From a virus (Duplodnaviria > Caudoviricetes), in the IMG/VR virus record IMGVR_UViG_3300010052_000176, positions 1 through 47,501 of that record: 47,501 nt of DNA; one strand, written 5' to 3'. The notes beneath the pieces are model-generated. The model did no database searches, was not told the DNA's origin, and worked only from the letters and a program-made list of their open reading frames with translations. Shown in pieces: positions 9,008-19,305 of the stretch (positions are counted from its first letter, which is position 1; each line of letters opens with the position of its first letter). Both the position numbers and the translations under genes were made by a program.

Positions 9008-10525
9008 ATGTTGGAGAGGAAGCCACACCAGTTGCGCGCGGTCGCTGAGTTCCAGCGGCTTCGACACCTGAAACGACTCGCCATCACCAGCCCGACTGGC
9101 GGCGGCAAAAGCCTGATGATTGAGGACATCATCGGGTTGGCCAGATCGGCCACGCTCTTCACGAATCGAAAGGTGCTCACGGATCAAATGATCGCCGCAT
9201 TCGAGAGAGCGAACATCTACTTCGGCGTCCGCGCTGCGGACTACAAGGATCAGTTCCGGCCCAACGCTCCGGTTCAGATTTCATCCAAGGATACGGAGTG
9301 GAGCCGCGTCTACAAAACGAAGCGATGGACGCTCAGCAAGTCCGAGATCGTCATCGTTGACGAAGGGCACGCACAGCAGGGCAAGGCGATCGAGACGATT
9401 CTGAACGACCACGAGGCGGCCGGGGCCACGGTTGTTGAGTTCTCAGCCACGCCGGTGAACCTGTCGCACCGCTGCAAGGAACTGATCGTCGCCGGGACAA
9501 ACTCGGAACTCCGATCCGTTGGAATGCACGTCATCTGCAAGACGTTCGAGCCAGGGACGCTGGACTTTCGGAAGGCGGCCAAAACCGGCGAGTTCAATGA
9601 CGGCGACGTTGTGAAGAATGTCTGGACGCCAGTCATCTTTGGGAAGGTTCTGGAGCACTACAACCGCCTGAACCCGGAGCGGCTTCCGACGATTTGTCGC
9701 TGCCCGTCCGTGCCAACGGCCGTCTGGATGTCCGAGCAGTTTGAGGCCGCTGGAATCCCGTCCGCATCACTGGACGGAGAAGAGATCATCATCAAGGGCA
9801 ATCGGATTCCGAGCAGCAGAGACGCCCGCAAGGAACTCATGGAGCGGTTCGACGATGGAAGCGTTAAGGTGATCACGTTCCGCGACGTGCTTCGCGAGGC
9901 TTGGGACTTCCCGAAGCTCTATCACCTGATACTCGCGTCTCCAATCGGGACGCTCCAGACCTACCTTCAGGTTGTCGGCCGATTGCTGCGGTCACACCCG
10001 AGCCTGGACCACGTTGTGCTGCAAGACCACGGGGCCAACTTCCTTCGGCATGGCTCACCCAACGCCGACCGGGATTGGCGGTCGCTATGGAAGAGCGACC
10101 CGAAGTCGATCACCGAGGACCGCATTGAGCGGATGCGGGAGAAGGAACTCGAAGAACCGATCGTCTGTCCGAAGTGCTATGCGTCACGCAACGGCGGACT
10201 GTTCTGTCATCACTGCGGATACCGCACGCCAAAGAAGACTCGCGAGATCATCCAGAAGGATGGCACGCTCCGCGAGGTTGAAGGGGACATCTTCAAGCCT
10301 CGCATCATCAAGGTTCACCCGGATAACCAGCGGCGTTGGGACTCACAGTTCTTCCGCTGTCGCAACGCCGGGATGACGTTCAAACAGGCTTACGCCCTGT
10401 TCTACCTCGACCACCATTACTACCCGCCGCGAACGCTGGCCAACATGCCGCGCGACCGTGAGGGCTGGAAGCAGAAGTGTAACGCCAAGGGGCTGGACCT
10501 CATTCCACGAGGGCAGGCCGTATGA
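9008..10525 (+). CDS. Superfamily II helicase with C-terminal Zn finger
   Basis: SPTGGGKS, IVDEGH, SATP, QVVGRLLR, CPKC..CHHC. Confidence 0.92.
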   Translation: MLERKPHQLRAVAEFQRLRHLKRLAITSPTGGGKSLMIEDIIGLARSATLFTNRKVLTDQMIAAFERANIYFGVRAADYKDQFRPNAPVQISSKDTEWSRVYKTKRWTLSKSEIVIVDEGHAQQGKAIETILNDHEAAGATVVEFSATPVNLSHRCKELIVAGTNSELRSVGMHVICKTFEPGTLDFRKAAKTGEFNDGDVVKNVWTPVIFGKVLEHYNRLNPERLPTICRCPSVPTAVWMSEQFEAAGIPSASLDGEEIIIKGNRIPSSRDARKELMERFDDGSVKVITFRDVLREAWDFPKLYHLILASPIGTLQTYLQVVGRLLRSHPSLDHVVLQDHGANFLRHGSPNADRDWRSLWKSDPKSITEDRIERMREKELEEPIVCPKCYASRNGGLFCHHCGYRTPKKTREIIQKDGTLREVEGDIFKPRIIKVHPDNQRRWDSQFFRCRNAGMTFKQAYALFYLDHHYYPPRTLANMPRDREGWKQKCNAKGLDLIPRGQAV

Positions 10526-10821
10526 CCGTCCACCTCTACAGGGGCCATTGGGAATTGATCCTCGCGAAGCTCACGGAGTCCCCAGACAGGTTCTCCGAGG
10601 CCGTGACAGCGAAGGTGCAGAAGGCGATTGAGTCACAGCCGGACGCCGTGTGCGTGGCCGTGGATGGTCAGTCGGTCGGGTTTCGGACTCTGGCCGGGCT
10701 GATCCAGGGAGCACACGAGGAACTCGCGGACATGCTGCTGATGCAGTGTGCCGCGGAGATGTGGTTTCAGCGGTGGGATGAGGTTGAGGACGGGGCCTTT
10801 GTTTCGGGAGGGGTGAAGTGA
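10522..10821 (+). CDS. Hypothetical protein
   Basis: ATGA-coupled ORF. Confidence 0.6.
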   Translation: MTVHLYRGHWELILAKLTESPDRFSEAVTAKVQKAIESQPDAVCVAVDGQSVGFRTLAGLIQGAHEELADMLLMQCAAEMWFQRWDEVEDGAFVSGGVK

Positions 10822-11174
10822 CGGTCTGCAACTCACCACGACAGAAGCAGAAGAAAAAGCAGCGGTTCAAGGATCGCAGCGCCGAGATGCCGCGACTGAT
10901 GCGCATGGGGGCAAGGTGCCACTGGTGCAATCAGGGCGTGACGAGAGTCGCGGACATTCCGCCATGCGAGCGAGTAACGCCCGCCTGGGGATACATCGGC
11001 CGACGCGGCGGACCCGTGCAACTGATGGCCTCCATCGACCACCTGCGGGAGATTGGCGACAGGCAGCATGTCGTACTGGCTTGCGTGCCGTGCAACGCGG
11101 CCCGGGCCGTACTGAGTGAATCGGAGTTTGCGGACTTCGTTGAGATGCAGAAGGGCGGACGACTGAAGCCATAA
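10818..11174 (+). CDS. HNH endonuclease
   Basis: CHWC...SIDHL...VLACVPCN. Confidence 0.75.
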   Translation: MTVCNSPRQKQKKKQRFKDRSAEMPRLMRMGARCHWCNQGVTRVADIPPCERVTPAWGYIGRRGGPVQLMASIDHLREIGDRQHVVLACVPCNAARAVLSESEFADFVEMQKGGRLKP

Positions 11175-11407
11175 CGGGCGGGATTCATCGGGGACCAGGA
11201 GGGGAACCGTTCGGTCGCAGAACGGGTTGAAGCCACGGATGGCGATCAAAAGCGACCACGATGAAAACCCGGCAGCGGAATGGTGCATAACACCCGGCAA
11301 GGCGTGAGGGACCAGCGTGCCCCCTCTCGCCGCTTGAGTCGGTCAAAGAACTGCCCAGGTTCATCGGCGAGACCCTCTATGGAAGAGGTGCGCGCCGACA
11401 ACGGAGA

Positions 11408-11479
11408 CAACCCGAAACGGTTGTTTCCACGAAGACAACCAAAAAAGGTTGCATTCGGAATTGCAACCAAAAAGGGATG
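11408..11479. repeat. Three CAACC-N6-GGTTG palindromes at 28-bp period (iteron/operator candidates)
   Basis: Copies start at 11408, 11436 and 11464; the third has one mismatch and overlaps the primase ATG. Confidence 0.75.
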
Positions 11480-12373
11480 CCACGAATGGCGAGGGACAGC
11501 GAGCGATGGCCAGAAGTCACAGCACGGAACCCCTGCCCGATCTGCGGCGGGAAGACGTGGTGCACCATCGGCCCCCGCCACATCAACTGCCATCGAGCCC
11601 CGTCCGCGAAGGAGCGGGAGACGGGTGCGGGTCTGAGCTGGCTTCACCCCCGCGACAACGCGACAGCGTTACCCCGCGTTGAGCGGGAGAAGAAGGAAAC
11701 CCCGAAGCTCACGACGGCGGAACTGACGGCCCTTGCCAGGAAGATGTTCGATGACAAGCGAGCTGATGCACGACGCGAGTCTGTGGCCCGATCACTGGGT
11801 GTCTCCGTGGCTTCCCTCACCGCTCTGCGCGTCGGCTATGGGGCTGACCGAGCGGGAGAGTATTCGAGCTGGCCGGCCCGCGACTGGCAGGGACACATCG
11901 TCGGAATCGTCCGGCGATACGACGACGGGTCAAAGAAGAGTCTCAAGGGCGGATCAACTGGTCTGTTCTACGAACGGGACTGGCTCAAGCGATCCGGCCC
12001 CGTGCTCATCGTCGAAGGGGGATCAGACACCGCCGCCGCCATCTCTCTCGGTCTACGAGCAATCGGTCGGCCGTCTAACACGGGTCTTGGCCGTGATGGC
12101 GGAATCAAACGGATGCTATCAGGTGCGCGCGCGCGCACCCTTCGAGCGATCGTCATTGCCGAGGCCGATAGCAAACCAGAGAAGCGGGGGCAGGCGCCGG
12201 GGTGTCCTCTCGATTGTCAGGGGTGTCTTACGTGCTTTCCGGGGCAGGCTGGCGCGGAGTTGGTCGCGAAGCAGTTGGGGTGCTCGTGGGTTCTTCCGCC
12301 CGAGGGATGCAAGGACTTCCGGGACGCACTGAACAAGGGGCGGTTGTGGCCGGGACTGATCCAGGCGTTGTGA
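11477..12373 (+). CDS. DNA primase-like protein (Zn-binding domain plus TOPRIM)
   Basis: PCPICGGKTWC; VLIVEGGSDTAAA; C-terminal PEGCKDFRD. Confidence 0.8.
   Translation: MPRMARDSERWPEVTARNPCPICGGKTWCTIGPRHINCHRAPSAKERETGAGLSWLHPRDNATALPRVEREKKETPKLTTAELTALARKMFDDKRADARRESVARSLGVSVASLTALRVGYGADRAGEYSSWPARDWQGHIVGIVRRYDDGSKKSLKGGSTGLFYERDWLKRSGPVLIVEGGSDTAAAISLGLRAIGRPSNTGLGRDGGIKRMLSGARARTLRAIVIAEADSKPEKRGQAPGCPLDCQGCLTCFPGQAGAELVAKQLGCSWVLPPEGCKDFRDALNKGRLWPGLIQAL
12122..12139. repeat. (GC)6 palindrome copy 1, GGT(GC)6ACC, inside primase
   Basis: Perfect 18-bp palindrome. Confidence 0.9.
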
Positions 12374-12411
12374 CTCGGAGCACAGGTAACACCAAGCCCA
12401 GGGAGAGAGCG

Positions 12412-14202
12412 ATGGCAGGACAGGTAGATTTGAGCGTGGCGAAGGTTGGGGATCGGTGCGAGCGGCGGGACGGGAAGGTGGTGCCGTTTGAGGGGCCGAC
12501 GCCACCCGACACGATGTGGACGGAAAACTGGCCCTATATGGCCGGTGGTGACCACTACACGCAGTCCGGCCGGTTCTTCGGTGATTCCGCGGAATGCAAC
12601 GACGACATCGTCCGCATCCTCCCGCGTGAGCAGGCCGCGGAGGCTGGGGAGGGGGTGGCGGATGACACGAAGCTGACCTTGGATCTACTGGCGTCTCAAG
12701 GGGTGTCGGTCGAGAACGGATTCGCCAACTGGCAGGTTTCGTTGAACGAGACACTCTCGTGGTCTCCGGATGATGGCGACGACATTCCGTGGGGCAACGG
12801 GCGAATGACGCTGCTTGTCGATGGGCCTCCCGGGCAGGTCAGTGTCGACCTCGATTGGCCGGAGACTGTCGGGCAGCTGAGGCCGTTCGGGCGGATCTTC
12901 CGCTTTGACGCCCTCCCGAATGAAGTGAACGCCCAACGTGCCGAATGTGCCAGACGAGTTGCCGCGATTGGGTTGGAGTTCTTGGAAGCCAATGGGGAAA
13001 AGCAGTCCCCCACGCCGCCGGACACGGTGGAGACAACCGCTAGCGTCATCAGCGAAACGGCCTCTGGCGTTGGTTCGTCCGACGCTCCGACTGGCGTGGA
13101 CAATCCCCAGTCCCCCGCTCCCCCATCGGCCGCGAACGCCGGGCCGGGGTGTGACCTTGAGAATCTGAAGAACGCCGTGAGCTGGGTGTTGCGAGGCGCT
13201 GAACCTTTGTCGGATATCGCCTGCTTCGTGCCGCGCGACCGCATCCAGATGCTTCAGGCGACCTATCGCGACTTGCCGCTTGTCGACGCCGCCCCGGTCA
13301 ACGCTCCGGAATCGCAGGAGGGGGAGTTGAGTCGCGTCAAACTGCTGATTTCAGAGACCGACGCTCTCGACCCACGGCGAGGGTGGGTGCTGACCGGACC
13401 TGCGGCGGCCACTGCTCGCAGCCTTGCGGTATCTCGGTTCGTCGAGTTGACAGAAGCCGCCCCCGTCGAGCCCGCCAGCCCGGAACCGCAGGGGGTGGAT
13501 GAGTGCAGGCGGCTGCGGCGTGAACTTGACGCTGCTGTGTTCCATCACGAGTGGAGCATGAAGGCGATTGACCTCTCGCTCGGCGAGCCGCGATACGACG
13601 ACGGTAGCCTGCTTGATTGCTTCCTTCGGCGGATTGCAGAACTCCAGCCCTCTCCCCCTCCGTCCCTCCCGGCCAGTGACGCCCCCGCGGCGGTGATCGG
13701 GGGGCCGGGGAGGCACCGGATGGAGTGGGGCGACGTGGTAACGATCGTCGGCCCGGCTGGCGAACAGTGGGTCGGATACTTCGAGGACCGCTACGGCAAC
13801 AAAACGCCGCTGCTCTTCAATCCTGACGGCACACGAGACCATACGTTCATCGCCATTGCTGGTGGTGTCACCGGCCCCTACGTCGAGCCGCCGAAGCCTC
13901 CGGTGCCAGTGCTTGTGATTGAGGAGAAGTCGCGGGTTTACGGATGGGTCGTCGCCTGGTCCATGTTCGACAAGAGCTTTCCAGCCGGCCAATGGCTCGT
14001 GGACGGCGGGCTGTTGGTCCAGCCAATCAAGGCCCTGAAGGGCGACATGGTCGTCGGCTACTGCGACCACGTTGGATTAGACATGCCGAAGATTCGGCTC
14101 TACGTGCACTACGACGGCCCGTGCATGTTCCTTGAGGAAGACTGGCCCCGCGTGCAGGAACTCGTCGCGCAGGTCAACGCTGTGGGAAAGGAGCGAGTGT
14201 GA
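12412..14202 (+). CDS. Long mosaic hypothetical protein
   Basis: GGAGAG RBS; several globular segments separated by Pro/Ala linkers. Confidence 0.65.
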   Translation: MAGQVDLSVAKVGDRCERRDGKVVPFEGPTPPDTMWTENWPYMAGGDHYTQSGRFFGDSAECNDDIVRILPREQAAEAGEGVADDTKLTLDLLASQGVSVENGFANWQVSLNETLSWSPDDGDDIPWGNGRMTLLVDGPPGQVSVDLDWPETVGQLRPFGRIFRFDALPNEVNAQRAECARRVAAIGLEFLEANGEKQSPTPPDTVETTASVISETASGVGSSDAPTGVDNPQSPAPPSAANAGPGCDLENLKNAVSWVLRGAEPLSDIACFVPRDRIQMLQATYRDLPLVDAAPVNAPESQEGELSRVKLLISETDALDPRRGWVLTGPAAATARSLAVSRFVELTEAAPVEPASPEPQGVDECRRLRRELDAAVFHHEWSMKAIDLSLGEPRYDDGSLLDCFLRRIAELQPSPPPSLPASDAPAAVIGGPGRHRMEWGDVVTIVGPAGEQWVGYFEDRYGNKTPLLFNPDGTRDHTFIAIAGGVTGPYVEPPKPPVPVLVIEEKSRVYGWVVAWSMFDKSFPAGQWLVDGGLLVQPIKALKGDMVVGYCDHVGLDMPKIRLYVHYDGPCMFLEEDWPRVQELVAQVNAVGKERV

Positions 14203-14468
14203 GCATGGCTGAGAAACATATCGCGGCAGTCCTGACGACGGTGGGGACGACGTGGCATGAACTGGGTCGCGTGTCGATCGGTGTGACGGTCGTCACAGGT
14301 CCGAAGGTCATCGAAGGACGTGAGTTCGACGCAACCGTTGATCCGATTCGTGCAAGAAGCCTCGCGATGAAACTTCTGGAAGCGGCTGACATCGCGGAGT
14401 TGCAGGCGCGGCAATACGGCTGGGTGCCGCGGCGTGGCGAGTTCGACCGCATCGCAATGGGCATGTGA
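14199..14468 (+). CDS. Hypothetical protein
   Basis: GTGA coupling, AAGGAG RBS. Confidence 0.6.
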   Translation: MSMAEKHIAAVLTTVGTTWHELGRVSIGVTVVTGPKVIEGREFDATVDPIRARSLAMKLLEAADIAELQARQYGWVPRRGEFDRIAMGM

Positions 14469-14537
14469 CCCCCTGAGTCGGCGTTCAAAAGGTAAACGGG
14501 GCAGCACGAGAGACGGGTACGAAAGCGAGGGAGACGA

Positions 14538-15200
14538 ATGGAACATCAACCAGGAGAAATGAAGCGAATGGCATCACGAACATTTTCCCAGCGAGTTCGC
14601 CGCAGCCTTGAAGGCTGCAAGTTTAAGCCGAGTGTTCGCCTGTGCCTGTTCGAGGACGGGTACTGCGTAGACGTTTTCGGGTTCCTGATCTCACTGCCGT
14701 TTATGGATCGGTGGTGGCGTCACCCGCATGAAATCATGGAGAGCTGGGGAGTCTATTACGACTCTCGCTCCGTCGTCCTGTGCTGGGGTGATTGGGTGAA
14801 GTTCTTTCACATGCCGTGGGACTGGAAGCACATCAAACACGAAGTGCAGCGCCCGGATGGATCGTGGGTGCCATACGTCGGCTGCTACGAGAAGGACAAG
14901 GAACCTGACGGCCGCTGGCAGGGAACGTATCCGTATCGGTACGTCCTGAAGTCTGGTGAGGTCCAAGAACGCACGGCGACGATCTACGTGGATCGCCGGG
15001 AGTGGCGGTGGAAGTGCCTTCGGTGGTGCCCACTGTTCGCAAGGAAAAGTCTCGGCATTGAGGTTGAGTTCAGCGACGAAGTTGGTGAACGAACCGGATC
15101 GTGGAAGGGCGGAACTATCGGTTGTGGTTGGGATTTACTGAAAGGTGAGACGCCAGAGCAATCGCTGCGGCGAATGGAACGGGATCGCAAATTCAGGTGA
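14538..15200 (+). CDS. Trp-rich hypothetical phage protein
   Basis: GAGGAG RBS, 220 aa. Confidence 0.7.
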   Translation: MEHQPGEMKRMASRTFSQRVRRSLEGCKFKPSVRLCLFEDGYCVDVFGFLISLPFMDRWWRHPHEIMESWGVYYDSRSVVLCWGDWVKFFHMPWDWKHIKHEVQRPDGSWVPYVGCYEKDKEPDGRWQGTYPYRYVLKSGEVQERTATIYVDRREWRWKCLRWCPLFARKSLGIEVEFSDEVGERTGSWKGGTIGCGWDLLKGETPEQSLRRMERDRKFR

Positions 15201-15279
15201 GCCATGGCTGGAGGCCATCGCAAGCCCCCTGAAGACCCCCTGCTACTTGGTAACGACACCCCGAAAGGAGAGATGAGCG

Positions 15280-15834
15280 ATGGCAAGAATCGAGACCCCT
15301 GAACACATCACCGTGGAATCGTTCATGGTGAAGGCGAACCGCGACTGGGCGACGGTGTTCCTCCGCTACGGCGAAGCAAAAAACATGCAGGGTCACGTGA
15401 TGCACCAGGGGGTGATGTGCATCCACTCTGATTACGGCACGTACGGCTACTGGTGGTCCCACATGGGTAAGCCGCTGCCGGAGTTTCTTTGCGGCATCGA
15501 CACGGGATACCTGCTTTCCAAGATCAGCCGCACAGAGACGCAGTACGACGAGGCGGAGAAGAACCTCAAGCGGGCTGTCGTCGAAGCTCGGAAGAGTGGG
15601 GCGAAGCCTGCGGCATGCCGGAAAGCCTACGACGCGATCACCGATGCGTTCGATGAATACGGCGGCCGTGAAGCCGCGTTCATGCTGTATCAGAACGGGG
15701 CACTGAACGACGTGATTCACGACTGGTGCGAGCTGTTCCCGTCCGACCATCCGCCGGCGGCTCAGCAGTTCGCACAGCGGGTGTGGCCTGAGATCGTCGC
15801 CGCGCTGAAAGAGAAACTTGCGGTGGCAGGCTGA
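15280..15834 (+). CDS. Hypothetical phage protein
   Basis: AAGGAG RBS; SDYGTYGYWW...YLLSKI segment. Confidence 0.7.
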   Translation: MARIETPEHITVESFMVKANRDWATVFLRYGEAKNMQGHVMHQGVMCIHSDYGTYGYWWSHMGKPLPEFLCGIDTGYLLSKISRTETQYDEAEKNLKRAVVEARKSGAKPAACRKAYDAITDAFDEYGGREAAFMLYQNGALNDVIHDWCELFPSDHPPAAQQFAQRVWPEIVAALKEKLAVAG

Positions 15835-15881
15835 CCCCCGCTGACCCCCATCCCGGACCCGAGAGCAGAGGAGGAGGAACG

Positions 15882-16097
15882 ATGCGGTTCATCAAGATGT
15901 TTCGCGAATCGTGGAATGACAGGTGGGTAATCAACGCCCGCGACCAATGCGGGCGTCCGTGGGCTCTCGTGCAGTGGAGGGCAATCCTGGTGTACCGGCT
16001 AATCGTGTTCCCGATTTCATTTCCGCTCTACGCCGTGGGGCTGCTGCTCTGCGTGCTTTCCAACTTCATTGCGTGCGGCAGGTGGGAAGTCCCCTGA
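15882..16097 (+). CDS. Small membrane protein
   Basis: GAGGAGG RBS; hydrophobic C-terminal half. Confidence 0.6.
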   Translation: MRFIKMFRESWNDRWVINARDQCGRPWALVQWRAILVYRLIVFPISFPLYAVGLLLCVLSNFIACGRWEVP

Positions 16098-16146
16098 CCG
16101 GTCTCTGTACACATGGCGTACCAAGTCTTTTGAGGGAGTAACGAAC

Positions 16147-16503
16147 ATGGCTGACGACTGGAAGCCGGATGCACCGATCGCCGAAACCTTTGTCTGGTTT
16201 CACGGGAAATGCTTTCGGATCTACACGTTCGAGCGGAATTCATCGGCGGTCGGGTGCGGTGGGCAGCGATTCCAGGAAACACACGTCCACGAATGGGCTG
16301 ACGGTCAGCGTGGCGAATGGCTGCACCAGCTGCACGGCCGCGGAATTGCCTTCCACTGCATCGTCGCTGCCGAATTCTCCCGCGAGGGCCGGTACGACCA
16401 CGAGGAATACGAAGCCAACAGCTACGAACTCGCACAGAAGGTCTTGAATGACGCGGCGAGAAGGGCGCGAGCCAACGCTGCAACCAACCCCGCAGCCCCC
16501 TGA
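16147..16503 (+). CDS. Hypothetical protein
   Basis: GGGAG RBS. Confidence 0.6.
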   Translation: MADDWKPDAPIAETFVWFHGKCFRIYTFERNSSAVGCGGQRFQETHVHEWADGQRGEWLHQLHGRGIAFHCIVAAEFSREGRYDHEEYEANSYELAQKVLNDAARRARANAATNPAAP

Positions 16504-16562
16504 CGCACCCGTGTCCGTCCTGCCGGTGCCCTGAGTTTCGCGAATTGAGGAGTGGGAGAGAG

Positions 16563-16970
16563 ATGGCGATGGAAGACATGAGAAAAGAGTTGGTTGCGAA
16601 TCGCGACATGCTCATTGAGCTGCGGAACAAACACCTGAGCCACTGCGCGGCGGTTGTCCTCGCGATTGTCCAGAAGCGGATTGAAGCAGCAGATGCAGTG
16701 CTTTTTCGAACGGCAGGTGTCAAGGAATGCTTGACGACTGAAGAGGCGGCAACTGTCAAGGAATCCTTGACAGTTCAGGGGGGCGACTTGTCGCTGGTCC
16801 TCAATGGAGTCGCAATCGGCCTTGAGGCTCTGGATTCGTACAAGGACCCGGCAGATCGCGATTGGGTACTCCAGTCCTGCATCTCGGCGATTCGTTCGGT
16901 TTCTCGGGACCTGAGTCCTGCCACCCCCGCCACAGCGATTACCGAGCCCCCGGAAACCGCAGGGATTTGA
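16563..16970 (+). CDS. Hypothetical protein
   Basis: GGGAG RBS, helical sequence. Confidence 0.6.
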   Translation: MAMEDMRKELVANRDMLIELRNKHLSHCAAVVLAIVQKRIEAADAVLFRTAGVKECLTTEEAATVKESLTVQGGDLSLVLNGVAIGLEALDSYKDPADRDWVLQSCISAIRSVSRDLSPATPATAITEPPETAGI

Positions 16971-17175
16971 GGGGGAGGCTGCCTGAAGTATTGGAACAAG
17001 GCGGATGCGGTCTTTCTTGCATCTCAGCAACGGAAGGGGGAGATCGTCGCGAGATTTGGCGAGCATTCCACGGACCGAATGTTCAGCGCACTGCGGGCGA
17101 TGGAGAACGCACTTTTACTGATCGCTCGGTAGCCCCCCACAACGCCACCCCTGAACCTGATCGAGGAGAGAGAAC

Positions 17176-17562
17176 GTGGAGTTCACCCCAGACCCTTCGG
17201 CGCCACAGCGACCGGCCGGACCTGCGATTCGGGCATTGCGAGAATTGAACGAGCGGTTCCACCCGGCGACATGCGGCGGCAACCGATCCGATGACGCCCA
17301 CAAGCGGTACGCCGAGGAGCACGGCGAATCCGACTACGGCATCTTGGTCAACGGCGTCTGCCCGGTCTGTGGCTGGAAGCAGCCGAAGGACATCGGAACG
17401 CAACTCCACGAGGCGAACCTGAAGTGTCGCAAGTTGACTCTGGCTCTCCAGAGGATCAACAACCTTGAGGCGTCCCCGCCACTATCCACAGACGCGAGTG
17501 TCTTCGCGGCGATGAAGCACATTGCACGGCACGCTTTGGCAGATGCAGGAGTCACCCAATGA
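17176..17562 (+). CDS. Hypothetical Zn-ribbon protein
   Basis: HPATCGG...CPVCGW. Confidence 0.6.
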   Translation: MEFTPDPSAPQRPAGPAIRALRELNERFHPATCGGNRSDDAHKRYAEEHGESDYGILVNGVCPVCGWKQPKDIGTQLHEANLKCRKLTLALQRINNLEASPPLSTDASVFAAMKHIARHALADAGVTQ

Positions 17563-17993
17563 CTGACCCCATCCCCCAGGCGATGCAGGCGGCGGAGAGG
17601 CTGAACAACGTGCCTGTGACGCGAAGCATATTCCCACTGGGCGTTCCAGTGGTGATTGAAGCAATCACAGACTTGGCGTCTGGATGGGACTTCGACGCCC
17701 CAATGCACGTGATGACCCCGTTTCATCGGTACTGCATTGTTGGGTCGATCAGCGACCAAACCCTGGTTGACGAAGTCGAAGAACTGCTCGTCAACCTGTC
17801 GTGCGGCATGGAGATCAGTTCAGACGCCAACACGTGGCCGTACGACGAGGGGCATCTCCTCTCAATGTTTAGCATGGCTAAGCGTGGCAACATCCTCAGC
17901 GATGTTCGCCTCGACCGGGTGGTCGTCACCGTCACCGATTGGGGGGATGCCGATGGTGACGGCAAGTGGACGATCGCCGCCGCTGCCCCGTAG
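17559..17993 (+). CDS. Hypothetical protein
   Basis: ATGA coupling, AGGAG RBS. Confidence 0.6.
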   Translation: MTDPIPQAMQAAERLNNVPVTRSIFPLGVPVVIEAITDLASGWDFDAPMHVMTPFHRYCIVGSISDQTLVDEVEELLVNLSCGMEISSDANTWPYDEGHLLSMFSMAKRGNILSDVRLDRVVVTVTDWGDADGDGKWTIAAAAP

Positions 17994-18015
17994 GCGTCAT
18001 CTACAAAGTCCGACC

Positions 18016-18411
18016 ATGCAAACCACTACTGAGACCTGCCAGCTCTTCCGGACGTTGTGGCTCAACGATCTGGAGTTCAGGGCACATGCGATGCGAAACG
18101 GAGGATTGCGGGCGGCGTCACAGGGGATGCAGAGCCATCACATTTGGGGCGGGAAGACGCGGCTGAATCGAAAGACAAACCTCATCCGGCTCTGTGCAAC
18201 GGTCCACGACTGGATGCACATGCGGCCGGTGGAGGGCCGGATTGCGTGTTGCTGGAAGCAGAAGGAACTGGGCGTCCTTGATTGGGACGTCCTGACGGAG
18301 TGTGCGGGCCGCCCGGCGAGAGCCTGGGTGGAGGTTCAACAGGCCAGCGGCATTTACGCCGCCATGCAAAGGGAGTTGCTGAATGAAGTGTCCACCACCC
18401 AGCGCAAGTGA
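18016..18411 (+). CDS. HNH-like protein
   Basis: QSHHIWGG...NLIRLCATVHDWMH. Confidence 0.6.
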   Translation: MQTTTETCQLFRTLWLNDLEFRAHAMRNGGLRAASQGMQSHHIWGGKTRLNRKTNLIRLCATVHDWMHMRPVEGRIACCWKQKELGVLDWDVLTECAGRPARAWVEVQQASGIYAAMQRELLNEVSTTQRK

Positions 18412-18916
18412 TCCAACCGCGTGGGCTGAATACCTCAGCCGCTTCACGGTTGCGGCCGACTCGCCATACGGTCTTCCCGAGCCGTGCAGGCTTTGGACGC
18501 GAAGCAAGTCGGGAATGGGTTACGGGAATCTCGGCTACAAGGGGCGAACCCAGAAGGTCCATCGGCTCGTGTACGAGGTGATGGTCGGGCCGATCCCCAG
18601 CGCCATGCTGGTTTGCCACCGGTGTGACAGGCCAGCGTGCTGTGAGCCGACACACCTGTTCCTTGGAACGTCACAGGACAATGCCACTGACTGTTCCCAA
18701 AAGGGGCGCATCGTGAGTCGCGGGCGGCGTGCTGTGGGTGAGGCAGTCGCCAGGGCCAAGTTGAAGGACTCGAACATTATCCGCATCCGCGAGATGCACA
18801 AAGAGGGGCTATCGCACAGAGATATCGCAACGTGGTTCGGAGTCAGTCACCGAGCCATTGGCGACATTCTGACTGGAAAGACTTGGCGTCACGTCACGGA
18901 AGGACAGGCAGCATGA
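18383..18916 (+). CDS. HNH homing-type endonuclease with C-terminal HTH
   Basis: CRLWT..GYG..KVHRLVY..VCHRCDRPACCEPTHLFLGT.QDN..D; SHRDIATWFGVS. Confidence 0.9.
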   Translation: MKCPPPSASDPTAWAEYLSRFTVAADSPYGLPEPCRLWTRSKSGMGYGNLGYKGRTQKVHRLVYEVMVGPIPSAMLVCHRCDRPACCEPTHLFLGTSQDNATDCSQKGRIVSRGRRAVGEAVARAKLKDSNIIRIREMHKEGLSHRDIATWFGVSHRAIGDILTGKTWRHVTEGQAA

Positions 18917-19266
18917 TTGAACTCGAACTCCCGTACCCACCATCCATCAACCGCTACTGGCGGCACAACCGCGGCCGAACCCATCTCTCGAAAGAGGGAC
19001 GTGACTACCAGAAGGGCGTGGCAACTGCGCGCGCGCGCAGTTCAATCGTGACCATGTCCGAGAACGTGGAACTGATGATCGACCTGAACCCGCCCGACCG
19101 GCGGCGCAGGGACGTGGACAATGTTTTGAAAGCCCTCTTAGACGGGCTTCAGAAAGGGGGTGTTCTTCAGGATGACAGTCAGGTGAAGAAGCTGACGATT
19201 GAGATGCACGAACCGGTGGCCGGCGGCAGATGCCGGGTGTCGATCGTGCCGAGATTGGCGGTGTGA
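18913..19266 (+). CDS. rusA: RusA-family Holliday junction resolvase
   Basis: LPYPPSINRYWR; PPDRRRRDVDNVLKALLDGL..DDSQV. Confidence 0.93.
   Translation: MIELELPYPPSINRYWRHNRGRTHLSKEGRDYQKGVATARARSSIVTMSENVELMIDLNPPDRRRRDVDNVLKALLDGLQKGGVLQDDSQVKKLTIEMHEPVAGGRCRVSIVPRLAV
19023..19042. repeat. (GC)6 palindrome copy 2, variant AACT(GC)6AGTT, inside rusA
   Basis: Perfect 20-bp palindrome with different but still symmetric flanks. Confidence 0.85.
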
Positions 19267-19305
19267 GTTCGGGCCGCGTGAGTCCGACAAAGTTCACTGA
19301 TCGAA

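Noticed and set aside
12125-12136. (GC)6 runs as slippage microsatellites for phase variation
   Set aside because: All six copies have identical length and symmetric flanks and keep frames intact, which fits a fixed site better than a variable tract
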